Assembly: GCA_000165345.1 (NCBI GenBank)
Contig: CM000434.1
Span: 160,001-224,000, forward strand
DNA length: 64,000 bases
Direction: 5' to 3'
This document shows positions 9,201 through 17,689 of the stretch, piece by piece. The notes under the pieces were generated by a model. The model had not been told where the DNA came from. It was given only the letters and a program-made list of their open reading frames with translations, and did no database searches. The position numbers and the translations under genes are program-made. Each line of letters starts with the position of its first letter. The first letter of the stretch is position 1.

Positions 9201-11256
9201 TGGAAATTTATTTAAAAAAGAATCTCATGGAATTGGAGGTAGAAGTAGGAGAGTTTCTACTCTTAATTTTGGAAGAAATAAAAAACATAGTAATATGAGG
9301 TCAATATCACCAGCATTAATGAAGACAACATCTGATAGGAAGAATTATAAATCAGAAAAAAGTCATATATTAGGATCTAATCGAAGTAAAATGAGGTCAT
9401 TATCTCCAATTTCTATTAATCTTGGTCAAAGGATGCATAGGAAGTCATCTATTATTAATGATAATGAACATCGATTTAGTTTAAGTAAATCAACTGAAGC
9501 AATTCATGATCATAATCATAATACATCATCAAAAAATAGTATTAGACAAAATTCTATAAGATTTTATGCATTATTTTGGGATACTGTAAAACATGTTGTT
9601 TATAGAGTTAATGATATTGTTCAAGAATCAAAACATGATGAATTTATTCAATGGATTAAAGAAGAAGGATATGATATTAATCAGTTAAATGAATTAGCAT
9701 TAGAATCATTATTTTCTCAAAGAAATTATCATCAAGATAAATATAGAAATATACAATATAAACCAAATTTCTGTTTAAAAGTTATTAATAAGTTACCATA
9801 TAGAACTTTGGATTTATTGGTTAATAATAAAAATATATATGCAAATATACAACAAGTTAATGATCCATTAAAATTATCATATAATTTAAATGATAGTAAG
9901 CTTTGGTATTCATTCTTTCCAAAAAAAACTGATCAATTTAATCATATTAAAATGAATAATCAAAGAATTCAAGGAGAAATTGAAGGTAAAGGAATATTAA
10001 ATCAATTACCAATAACACAAAATAGTTCAAATATATCAGCATGTTTTTCATGGCCAATAATTAATCTTGTAACTGATACTACTAGTAATAAACCTGGAAA
10101 GAATAATAAAGGAAGATCAGTTACTGGTGATTATCATATTCATAATAATAATAGTAATAATGATTATTTTGATCAAGATCAATTTGGAAGATCTAATAAT
10201 AAAGATAAGAATATTAATGGTATTATTGGTAATGATCATAAGAGTAAAGGTAAAGCAAATAACGGTTTAAAATCATCTACTGGAATGAGTTTTGGATTAA
10301 ATAGGTCAAAAGATGAACATTCAAGTATAGAGAAGAAGTTTTTAGAGAATAATGTGATTATGGATGCTGAACTAGATTTATATTGTAGAAGTATTAATGA
10401 TGAGATTATGAGATATGTACAGATTCAAAGATTTCAAAAATCACGTACAATAGGTACAAGATGGAATAGAGAAAACGAGAATATGATATTTTTAAGAATG
10501 GGATTAAAGTTATTAGGTAAATGGGAGATGTCAGATCCATATACTCGTGATTATTATAAAAATAAGACTGAATTTTTGAAATGGAGAGAATCATTTTTAT
10601 CAACAGTACCAACAAAATATAGGATGAAATATGCAATATTGACTTTTCCATGTAATGTTCCAAAATGGATAGCACAACAAGTTTGGTTTAAATGTAGCTT
10701 TTTATCAAATGAGACTGATAAAAGATCAATATTTTCTTTATCAGTAGATATTAATAGTTGGCCAAATAATATTCAATCAATAAGGATATTAATATTGGTA
10801 GTACATCCTTTGAAATCTAATCAGCTTAGAAAGCTTCAATTATTACAAAAGATGAGTATATCAAATTCAGTTAGTAACAATAATATCAATAACAACAATA
10901 ATAATAACAATAATAGTAACAATATTCATCAAACAATGAAGATTAATATAAAAGGTCCTTCCAGGAATGAAAGAGAAAATATTTCTGATTCAATTAAAGA
11001 AGATAATAATAAAGGTAATGATAAAGTAACAAAGCAAGGTTTGGATAAATTAGAAATTCCAGAATTCTCAAATGAATTATTGATAAAGGAGAGTGATAAA
11101 AAGAGCGTGGATGAGGATAAGGATGAGAAAAAGAAGGAAGATAAAGAGGAAAAGAAGAAAAAGGATAACAATAGCGAAAAAGAGAGAAGAAGAGCATCTT
11201 CAATTATATTCTCAGACGAAGAAGATGAGCCTGAGCTTAAACTGTTACATCCATAA
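6259..11256 (+). CDS. Large hypothetical protein (1665 aa) with a C2-like beta-sandwich segment, an Asn-rich insert and a Lys/Glu/Asp-rich C-terminus
   Basis: Long ORF with a verified ATG. The C2-like stretch is DVYVQLSFDGNRKETPVVSGTLHPLFQTELTF. The low-complexity region is NNNINNNNNNNNNSNN and the tail is KDEKKKEDKEEKKKKD. No confident family assignment. Confidence 0.55.
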   Translation: MDPVGAMKSMMGMVGSNLVSSAKHATKQMVSKIRQKADPRSYSSSKKKKNKADNGQNIEGTNISDDDDLNDSMLPNRRDHGKEARNRDINGENLEVNSNLTHESSDDESILDFRDRVVTEQEFKRLAELLGRDIKMTNRGNSEMEKQIWLTPRRFRTTIRSVQIENLTKIEQKNVFLEFSFGGTLTEVRLLNSNTGQEVPRLLGYPACKEFFTHTVDIKPFYIENNDELLIDIPDENGKDYDMELKNNNSIEISLDETFEWRGSYLHLERELFRIIAWRANSATVNELLGYNEDILKNYATGSVNQMITLSKRTHNNISNPIFRITLQIIFQEIYDFQLSLSQFTLRNISNDNENSSPSERKHSQNIYNDHEIEYNHDKKSNKKQTSRDNTNIINDQNTVKIDLRDDQELNFNEKGRLISNNHSTSCRLNIKFPSFGIDNPLPTKCTSTWSECYEKQNKIIRWDNIGMIPFRGTIHELERNNLHANLEINSTGKTHNIFKSTKQVHCTFNLKNIVYYPYIQTEIKLPDGESCILEGKIEFGNIPKYHQLGNILEIDDENKLYLIIKIIRIDNLILNIYEVNNILQDTENDDSMDVYVQLSFDGNRKETPVVSGTLHPLFQTELTFILDYIDHEKKPNELDAHSLAKLLERKGPIVIDVWRKNKSSMAQHLGWTEIHWKDILIKTNHSNYSGNEFSDLKLNQQFSPLKFDPTNNLMDNASNACLGANMLRRQEYRKFYDRNIGKEVVYETRVYQDASILYNLGQRPSSLGSYTNETISPKVYLEIWTKPDISCMYNIGSTSALLVRGNNEVVGEVSKYFVDRLNRIVEWSGIGPSLKNSRIRSNIFYWEYVTKSFETWGRQYSYYSLDSRGVRHLLPSFLQPLKPLTGVDNSSKVHHFIHSFPYLPTTNNEIWRTPDLFLLSRQGTPFDHTLLQVCLLLGLNRIAFLACGTLLNRDPYSWAVTIHYEYIMSENDDLFNLSKDGNLFKKESHGIGGRSRRVSTLNFGRNKKHSNMRSISPALMKTTSDRKNYKSEKSHILGSNRSKMRSLSPISINLGQRMHRKSSIINDNEHRFSLSKSTEAIHDHNHNTSSKNSIRQNSIRFYALFWDTVKHVVYRVNDIVQESKHDEFIQWIKEEGYDINQLNELALESLFSQRNYHQDKYRNIQYKPNFCLKVINKLPYRTLDLLVNNKNIYANIQQVNDPLKLSYNLNDSKLWYSFFPKKTDQFNHIKMNNQRIQGEIEGKGILNQLPITQNSSNISACFSWPIINLVTDTTSNKPGKNNKGRSVTGDYHIHNNNSNNDYFDQDQFGRSNNKDKNINGIIGNDHKSKGKANNGLKSSTGMSFGLNRSKDEHSSIEKKFLENNVIMDAELDLYCRSINDEIMRYVQIQRFQKSRTIGTRWNRENENMIFLRMGLKLLGKWEMSDPYTRDYYKNKTEFLKWRESFLSTVPTKYRMKYAILTFPCNVPKWIAQQVWFKCSFLSNETDKRSIFSLSVDINSWPNNIQSIRILILVVHPLKSNQLRKLQLLQKMSISNSVSNNNINNNNNNNNNSNNIHQTMKINIKGPSRNERENISDSIKEDNNKGNDKVTKQGLDKLEIPEFSNELLIKESDKKSVDEDKDEKKKEDKEEKKKKDNNSEKERRRASSIIFSDEEDEPELKLLHP

Positions 11257-11466
11257 TGAATTATAATATATTTTAATTAATGATTAATTAATTAATAATT
11301 ATTCTAATATTGAAATTAGTTTCTAAAATAATGAATAGAATAAGCAAAACTCCTTTTCTACTCGTTTATTTGTAATATAAGTAAATTGTTGGTAGTTAAA
11401 TAAATTAGGTTTGTATCTATATGTATGTAGAATTGGGGTTCTTGTAAATTTTATAGCATAAATAAG

Positions 11467-12525
11467 TTAGAAATCTGCATTCAAATCAAACTTTTGGTCA
11501 TCTTGATTGACCATAACTCCAGCCATTTGATATTCACCAACTCTCTTTTCGAAGAAGTTAGTTTTACCTTGAAGTGAAATAAGGTCCATCCAATCAAAAG
11601 GATTAGAAACGTTGTAGATTTTTGGAATATCCAAGGCAAAAAGTAATCTATCAGCAACAAATTCAATATATTGGGCCATAAGTCTCGAATTCATACCAAT
11701 AAGATCAACAGGAAGAGAGTCACAAAGAAAGTTTCTTTCAACTTCAACAGCTTCTGATATGATTTGTTGTACTCTAGGAGCTGGTAATTTAAATTTAAGG
11801 GCTTTATATATTAAACAAGCAAAATCAGCATGGAGACCTTCATCACGACTAATAAGTTCATTAGAAAATGTGAGTCCAGGCATAAGTCCACGTTTTTTAA
11901 GCCAAAAAATTGCACAAAAGCTACCAGAAAATAGAATTCCTTCAACAGCACAGAATCCAATAATTCTTTCAGCAAAAGATCGCTCAGAATTCATCCATTT
12001 AGTTGCCCATTCTGCTTTCTTTTTTACAGCTTCAATATGAGAAATTGCTTCAAAGAGCATTTGACGTTCTTTAATTTCAGTAATATATCTATCAATAAGT
12101 AATGAATAAGTTTCACTATGTATTTGTTCAATAGACATTTGAAAAGCATAATACATTCTAGCTTCCGGTATTTGTATTTCTCTAAGGAAATTTACTGCTA
12201 AGTTTTCCATAACAATACCATCACTTGCAGCAAAGAATGCTAAAACATATTTGATAAAATGTCTTTCAGGGTCTTTAAGACTTTCCCAATCTCTAGTATC
12301 TTGACTTAGATCAATTTCTTCAGTAACCCAAAACGACGCTTCAGCTTTTTTATACATTGACCAAATATCTTTAATTAATTCTTTCAATTCATTTCTATTT
12401 TCTCGGCTGTATTTAAGCATTGGTTCATTAACTTGATTTATTTTTACTTCATTCACAAGTTTTTCAATATTTTCTTCATCTTTTGTTTCCTTTGTTAAAA
12501 TTACATTATTATTTTCCTCTGTCAT
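11467..12525 (-). CDS. RNR2: Ribonucleotide reductase small subunit R2 (class Ia, di-iron/tyrosyl radical)
   Basis: Canonical R2 motifs are present: [23 protein letters not shown] (Asp ligand), [10 protein letters not shown] (Glu/His ligands plus radical Tyr), [11 protein letters not shown] and [10 protein letters not shown]. The C-terminal R1-binding tail ends FDLNADF. ATG verified. Confidence 0.9.
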   Translation of the reverse strand: MTEENNNVILTKETKDEENIEKLVNEVKINQVNEPMLKYSRENRNELKELIKDIWSMYKKAEASFWVTEEIDLSQDTRDWESLKDPERHFIKYVLAFFAASDGIVMENLAVNFLREIQIPEARMYYAFQMSIEQIHSETYSLLIDRYITEIKERQMLFEAISHIEAVKKKAEWATKWMNSERSFAERIIGFCAVEGILFSGSFCAIFWLKKRGLMPGLTFSNELISRDEGLHADFACLIYKALKFKLPAPRVQQIISEAVEVERNFLCDSLPVDLIGMNSRLMAQYIEFVADRLLFALDIPKIYNVSNPFDWMDLISLQGKTNFFEKRVGEYQMAGVMVNQDDQKFDLNADF

Positions 12526-13419
12526 CTTTTTTTTCCTTTTTTTAAATTGATTTTAGTTACTCTCTATGTTTACTATTTTGATATTAATATTAATTTACGT
12601 GTGTGTTATTATTATATTATTAATATTTAAAAAATATATATATTTTTTAAAAGAAAAAAAAGAAAAACAAATATTATTACAAATAAATATTTTTATTTTA
12701 AAAAATTTATTAATTTTCTTTAATTTGTCTTTGTGCATATTGTTTTCTTTCAATTTATTGATTTACCTGAAATTTATTATTACTTTCTGTGTATTGGCGC
12801 CTAATGACCTGTTAAAAAAGGTATCGATAAATGTATTTATAAGATAATTAAATGATGGGGGGCGGTGAGTTCAAAAAATGTGGGAAAAGGCGGGCTATTT
12901 GCATGTCAATAGTAGTAGTTTTTACGATAGTTATTTAAAATTTTATTGATAATAAATGAATAAATCATTAATAGAATAAAACATTATTGTAGGAACAAGA
13001 ATAGAAATGTCGAGATATAAAGTATTTATTCTAGAGATTTAAGATTTGAAAAATACGATTTTACTTACTTTCAACTTTTTCTTTTTTCCCACTTTCTTCC
13101 ATTTTTTTTCTCCCCCAATTATTTTATATTTGTATTAATTATTTGAATAAGAGAAATAATTTATTTCATTTTTATTTTTTAAGTAAAAGAAAGAAATATA
13201 GATGGAAAAATTATAAGAAGGAAGAAAAAAATAAATAGGAAAGAAAAATTCAAAAATTCTTTTTTTTTCTCTAAATATTTTCAAGTATGAGACGGCGTAT
13301 AGGTACCCGGTATACTCACTCTCCCCTCTTTTTCATCAATTTTTTGCACACAAAAAAAAAATAAAAAACAAGAAAAATAAAAAAATTTGAATCAAATTAA
13401 TTAATTAAAGGAGAAAAAA
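12526..13419. promoter_or_regulatory. Shared divergent promoter region of R2 and the R2-like gene, with E2F-type and other GC motifs
   Basis: ATTGGCGCCTAAT at ~12793-12803; GGGGGGCGG at ~12857; AAAAGGCGGGCTATTTGCATGTC at ~12885-12908; GTACCCGGTATACTC at ~13296-13310. Confidence 0.45.
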
Positions 13420-14439
13420 ATGAATGAATCAAAGAAAGAATTATTAGAACAGCAAAAAAATGAATCAATCTTATTAGATAATCCTTTTAGATGGGTTTTA
13501 TTTCCAATAAAATATAGTAGATTATGGAGTTTGTATAAAAAATATGAGGTATCATTTTGGACAGCAGAAGTAATATCACCAATGGAAGATAAGACAAAAT
13601 TAATGAATATGGACGAAAAATTACTTGATTATATTGAAATGGCCTTTGCAAAACGTATTTATATTGATAATACATGCTTAGATACTGTATTGTTAACATG
13701 TGAATTATTAGGACAAGTACAAGTACCAGAAGCAAGAGGTTACTTTTCATTTACAATGTGTATGGAGAATATATATAAGGAATTATTTATGAATTATGTT
13801 GAAATGATACGTAAAAATAAGGAAAAGATTGAAAGGACAGATGAAGTGGAAAAGAAGGATGAGAATAATTTAAATAGTAAAATATCTAAAGAAGAATATG
13901 AATATAATTTAGAGAAGAAATTGAATGAATTAGAAGATTTTACAAAAATGAAGGAATTAGTTGGTAATTTTTACGATGAAGATACTTTATTTAGTGAAAA
14001 ACTTATCTATTATGTAATAATTAAAAAGATATTCTCATCTAGTATTCATTTACTTAGATTATCTTTTTCAATGAGAAATATATCAGAATCTGAATTACCT
14101 ACTCAACTTTGTGATGGTTTAGATAGAATACGTAGAGATGAACAATATCAAGTTGAGTTTTGTTTAAGTATTGCAAAATCTATGAAAACTAAACCAAGTA
14201 ATGATCAAGTAGTTAATTTATTAGAGCAAGCTATTATGTTAGAGAAGAACTTTATATTTTCAATTGTAGATCCACAAGTTCTTCAAATTGAAAGAGAAGA
14301 TATTGTTGCTTTTCTTTTATTTAATGCTGATGAAATACTTGTAGATTTAAAGTATCCAAGACAATTCAATGTTTCTAATCCATTCATAAATATTATGAAC
14401 GATTTTCCGTGCTCCTTCTCAAGAAGAAGCTGTTGCTAG
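13420..14439 (+). CDS. Divergent R2-like protein lacking several di-iron ligands and the radical tyrosine (catalytically inactive R2 paralogue, Rnr4/R4-like); 3' end uncertain
   Basis: Aligns with R2 throughout (NPFRWVLFPIKYSRLWSLYKKYEVSFWTAEV, QVPEARGYFSF, FNVSNPF). The ENIHSEMY equivalent is ENIYKELF (His to Tyr, radical Tyr to Phe), and the helix that carries a Glu ligand in R2 lacks it. The listed ORF ends ...FPCSFSRRSCC. The +1 frame continues to 14530 ending ...SQDF, just before an N gap. Confidence 0.65.
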   Translation: MNESKKELLEQQKNESILLDNPFRWVLFPIKYSRLWSLYKKYEVSFWTAEVISPMEDKTKLMNMDEKLLDYIEMAFAKRIYIDNTCLDTVLLTCELLGQVQVPEARGYFSFTMCMENIYKELFMNYVEMIRKNKEKIERTDEVEKKDENNLNSKISKEEYEYNLEKKLNELEDFTKMKELVGNFYDEDTLFSEKLIYYVIIKKIFSSSIHLLRLSFSMRNISESELPTQLCDGLDRIRRDEQYQVEFCLSIAKSMKTKPSNDQVVNLLEQAIMLEKNFIFSIVDPQVLQIEREDIVAFLLFNADEILVDLKYPRQFNVSNPFINIMNDFPCSFSRRSCC

Positions 14440-14539
14440 ACAAACTCTTACACAAACTCTTAAAGCTGCTCATTATAAAGCTTACCTAGAAATTTTTAGC
14501 AATCAATTGTCAACTTCTCAAGATTTCTAATTCACACTG

Positions 14540-14546
14540 NANNNNN
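14540..14546. other. Assembly gap (N run)
   Basis: Sequence reads gnannnnnag. Confidence 0.95.
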
Positions 14547-15178
14547 AGTTTTTTTTTTGATTCTTACTAATTATTATCTATAATTATTAGAAAATAATAT
14601 ATTAATGTTATTAATAATTCAAATTGTTTATATTAATTCTTAATCTTTTATTACTTAACATAATATGAAGATCCAAATCGAAATATTAAACAATTGATTT
14701 GAAATAGAAGTAAAAGATATTAAAACTATTAAAAAAAAGAAAATAGGAATAGAGAATAGAGAATAAATATATGAACTAATAATAATATATATAAACATTG
14801 AAAGTAAAATAAATAAGGAAATAGATATTTTTCTTTTGACACTAAATTTATTTATTATCCTAATAACTATATAAAGTGTCCATATATTATTGTTATTATA
14901 TTTTACATATATTTTTCCTGTAAAAATAAATTATGTTTAAAATCAACTCAACTCAATCTTTTATTTCAAAAATAACAATAATGTTTAAAACAATAAATCT
15001 TTCATATCATAACCCTTTTTTTTCAACTTTTCATTTATTTTTTCTCCACTATAAAAAAATGACGTGTCAAAGCTTCCCGCCCAATTCCATTTAATATATT
15101 ATCAAATATACATTTTTGAATGGAATTCATTCATGCAGGCATTATATACATGTTATTGGCGCCATTTGAAATTTGTAT

Positions 15179-16549
15179 TTAAGATCTTACCATTAATCTT
15201 CTAGAGTTTGGATTTTGGATTCTAGCTGATTCAGCAACCTCTGTAGTAGTGGTAGTGGTAGTAGTGGTAGTTGTAGTTGTGGTAGTTGTAGTTGTGGTAG
15301 TTGTAGTTGTAGTAGTTGTGGTAGTTGTGGTTGTAGTAGTAGTTGATGTAGAAGTTGATGATGTAGAAGTTGTTGATGTAGAAGTTGTAGGTACTGGAAT
15401 AGGTGGACCAAACTTATTTGTAAAGTTATTTAAAGCCAAAGCATCTCCCTTGTTAAAGATTCCAAAAGCTGGGAAAAATGAATTGTTATCTTTATCAATA
15501 CCAACAAGTCTATAATCAAATGAAGAAGGTAATGGTTCCAAAGGAGTGCCAGAAATAAATTCTGGTAATACATTATCATAAGTAACCACAGCAAAGAATA
15601 AAACTGTAATTAATCCTGTTGGATTAACATTTGGTTTTAATGATGGATAACTCAAACCTCTACCAAGTAAAATTAATCCACCATCTGGTTGACGGCCAAC
15701 AGCTTTTACAATAGCACAAACATTCACATGCTCAGATTTACCAAAGAATGGACCATTAGTATAAGTCTCTGCTCTACATACTTCATTCTTATCTGTCATA
15801 TAATCCAAAATAAGTGATTGAGAATTATCTTGATGTTCAGCAGTTGCTAAACTACAATGTTGTGGCAAACTATTAAGAGACATAATAGAAGGAACAACAA
15901 ATTTACCCTTAACCATATTATATCCAAATACAACTTCATCTTGAGCCCTATTACATGCACCTTTTGCAGCAAATTTACCTCCCCAAAATTTCTCAATACC
16001 TCTCATATCAATATCTCTTGTATCTGTTAATAAATCCAACATTGTACCATACATCATACCAGTTGGAATTACATCAGGTTGTAAACCAACTTCCAAAATA
16101 CACATTAAATCACGACTATTTTGTATTAAATCATCAACACTCGTTATATTGTAAATTGTACCTTTTTCACAATGACCATCTCTTGTAAAAGGAAGAGTTA
16201 AATAATTTCTATTTTCAACTCTTGGTCCTCCAAATATTGGAATACCTGGAATATTAAATGATTTAGATTCAACTCTTTGATCATTAGAATCTGATAAACT
16301 ATTTACATTTTGTGAAAATCTATCTCCTCTATTCATTAATGGATCAACAACTCTTTTTGAAAGTAATTGTGCTCTATTTCTAAATGAATCCATATTCCCA
16401 CCAGAATTTGGTTGAAATGAAGAGCCTTGTTGTGGTAATGAAGAAGAAATTCCTGTTGGAATACAACTAACTTTACCAAAATCCAAAATTAAACCCAAAA
16501 CAAAGTAAAATATAGATACCTTAAATATATTATTACTAATATTCATCAT
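15179..16549 (-). CDS. Secreted Thr-rich mucin-like glycoprotein
   Basis: ATG verified (MMNISNN...). Signal peptide IFKVSIFYFVLGLILDFGKVSC, a ~370-aa Cys-containing globular region, then TTSTSTTSTSSTSTSTTTT followed by an uninterrupted run of about 40 Thr, a classic O-glycosylated mucin stalk. No TM helix detected. Confidence 0.7.
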   Translation of the reverse strand: MMNISNNIFKVSIFYFVLGLILDFGKVSCIPTGISSSLPQQGSSFQPNSGGNMDSFRNRAQLLSKRVVDPLMNRGDRFSQNVNSLSDSNDQRVESKSFNIPGIPIFGGPRVENRNYLTLPFTRDGHCEKGTIYNITSVDDLIQNSRDLMCILEVGLQPDVIPTGMMYGTMLDLLTDTRDIDMRGIEKFWGGKFAAKGACNRAQDEVVFGYNMVKGKFVVPSIMSLNSLPQHCSLATAEHQDNSQSLILDYMTDKNEVCRAETYTNGPFFGKSEHVNVCAIVKAVGRQPDGGLILLGRGLSYPSLKPNVNPTGLITVLFFAVVTYDNVLPEFISGTPLEPLPSSFDYRLVGIDKDNNSFFPAFGIFNKGDALALNNFTNKFGPPIPVPTTSTSTTSTSSTSTSTTTTTTTTTTTTTTTTTTTTTTTTTTTTTTTTTTEVAESARIQNPNSRRLMVRS

Positions 16550-17689
16550 CTTAATATTAATAGTTTTTTAAATAATTTATTCTTAATCCTTTTTTTTTTT
16601 CTCCTTTTTACTTTACTTTCTCACTTTAAATTATTTCCCAATTTATTGTCAAATTTGACAATTTTCTAATTTATTCCAATCTTATTATCTTCTCATTTTT
16701 ATATATAACTTTTTCATCCCAATTATAATAAATTAATATCATTATTTAATATTTTCTCTATTTCGAGATTAATCCTCTAATTACACTCCTTAATTTTTTT
16801 TAAAATAAGAAATAATAATAATTTTACCTCTAATTCTATTTATTTACTATTTCCACATGTGCATGCGCATGCACCATTCCTCCCCCCCCCTTCACCTCTT
16901 CCCGCATTTCTAATATTTATATTACGTGTTCTTTAAATTCTTTTTTAAAAACAAATGCATGCATGCATTTATGTGGACAATAATTCATTTTACTATTAAT
17001 AAAGTACTAGGATTTTAGATATAATGTAATTTATTTAAAAAAATAATAATAATAAAGAAATAAAAATTAAAAAAAATTATTAATCCATAAATTAATCAAT
17101 ACAATAATGTATTATATTTTCTCTTTAGCTATTTCTTTAATCTTTCCATGTTTTTCTTTTTCAAATTTTGTTTAATTAAGTAAATAATACTTTTTATTAA
17201 AAGAAAAAAAAAAATTATGTTTGTAAACACGTGAGGGTAATGAAATAAATCAAATATTCTATAAAAAGGCGGGTCGATACCCAAATATTATTTATGATCA
17301 TAAAGAAAAAGAAAAAAAAAGGGGGTAAAAAAAAGATTATTTAATTTAATTGACCAATCATTAATAATAAAATTTTTTTTCATGAAATAATTGATAAAAC
17401 TTTTTATGAAATAAATATATTCTTCATTTATACAAATATATATAGATATATATATTTGTATATAAATATATATATTTAATCTTGAATATTAGCTATAATA
17501 AATCAATTACATTTCTTCAAATTCCGTGTAATAATAGATTTCAATAGGTGAAATTATTAAATTGGAAAGAATATTATTTATATTTAGAATTTAAAATATT
17601 ATCTTCTTTTTTTTTAAGAGAAAGATAAAAATAAAGGGGAAAAGAAAAGGAAAGAAAGAAAGAAAGTAAAGAAATCAAGTTAAAAAAAA

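Noticed and set aside
12566-12847. 93-aa ORF in the R2 / R2-like spacer, and the 44657-44987 ORFs upstream of gene 45335
   Set aside because: The translations are extremely hydrophobic, A/T-codon low-complexity (ILILIYVCVIIILLIF...) and typical of AT-rich promoter DNA. They overlap the motif islands.
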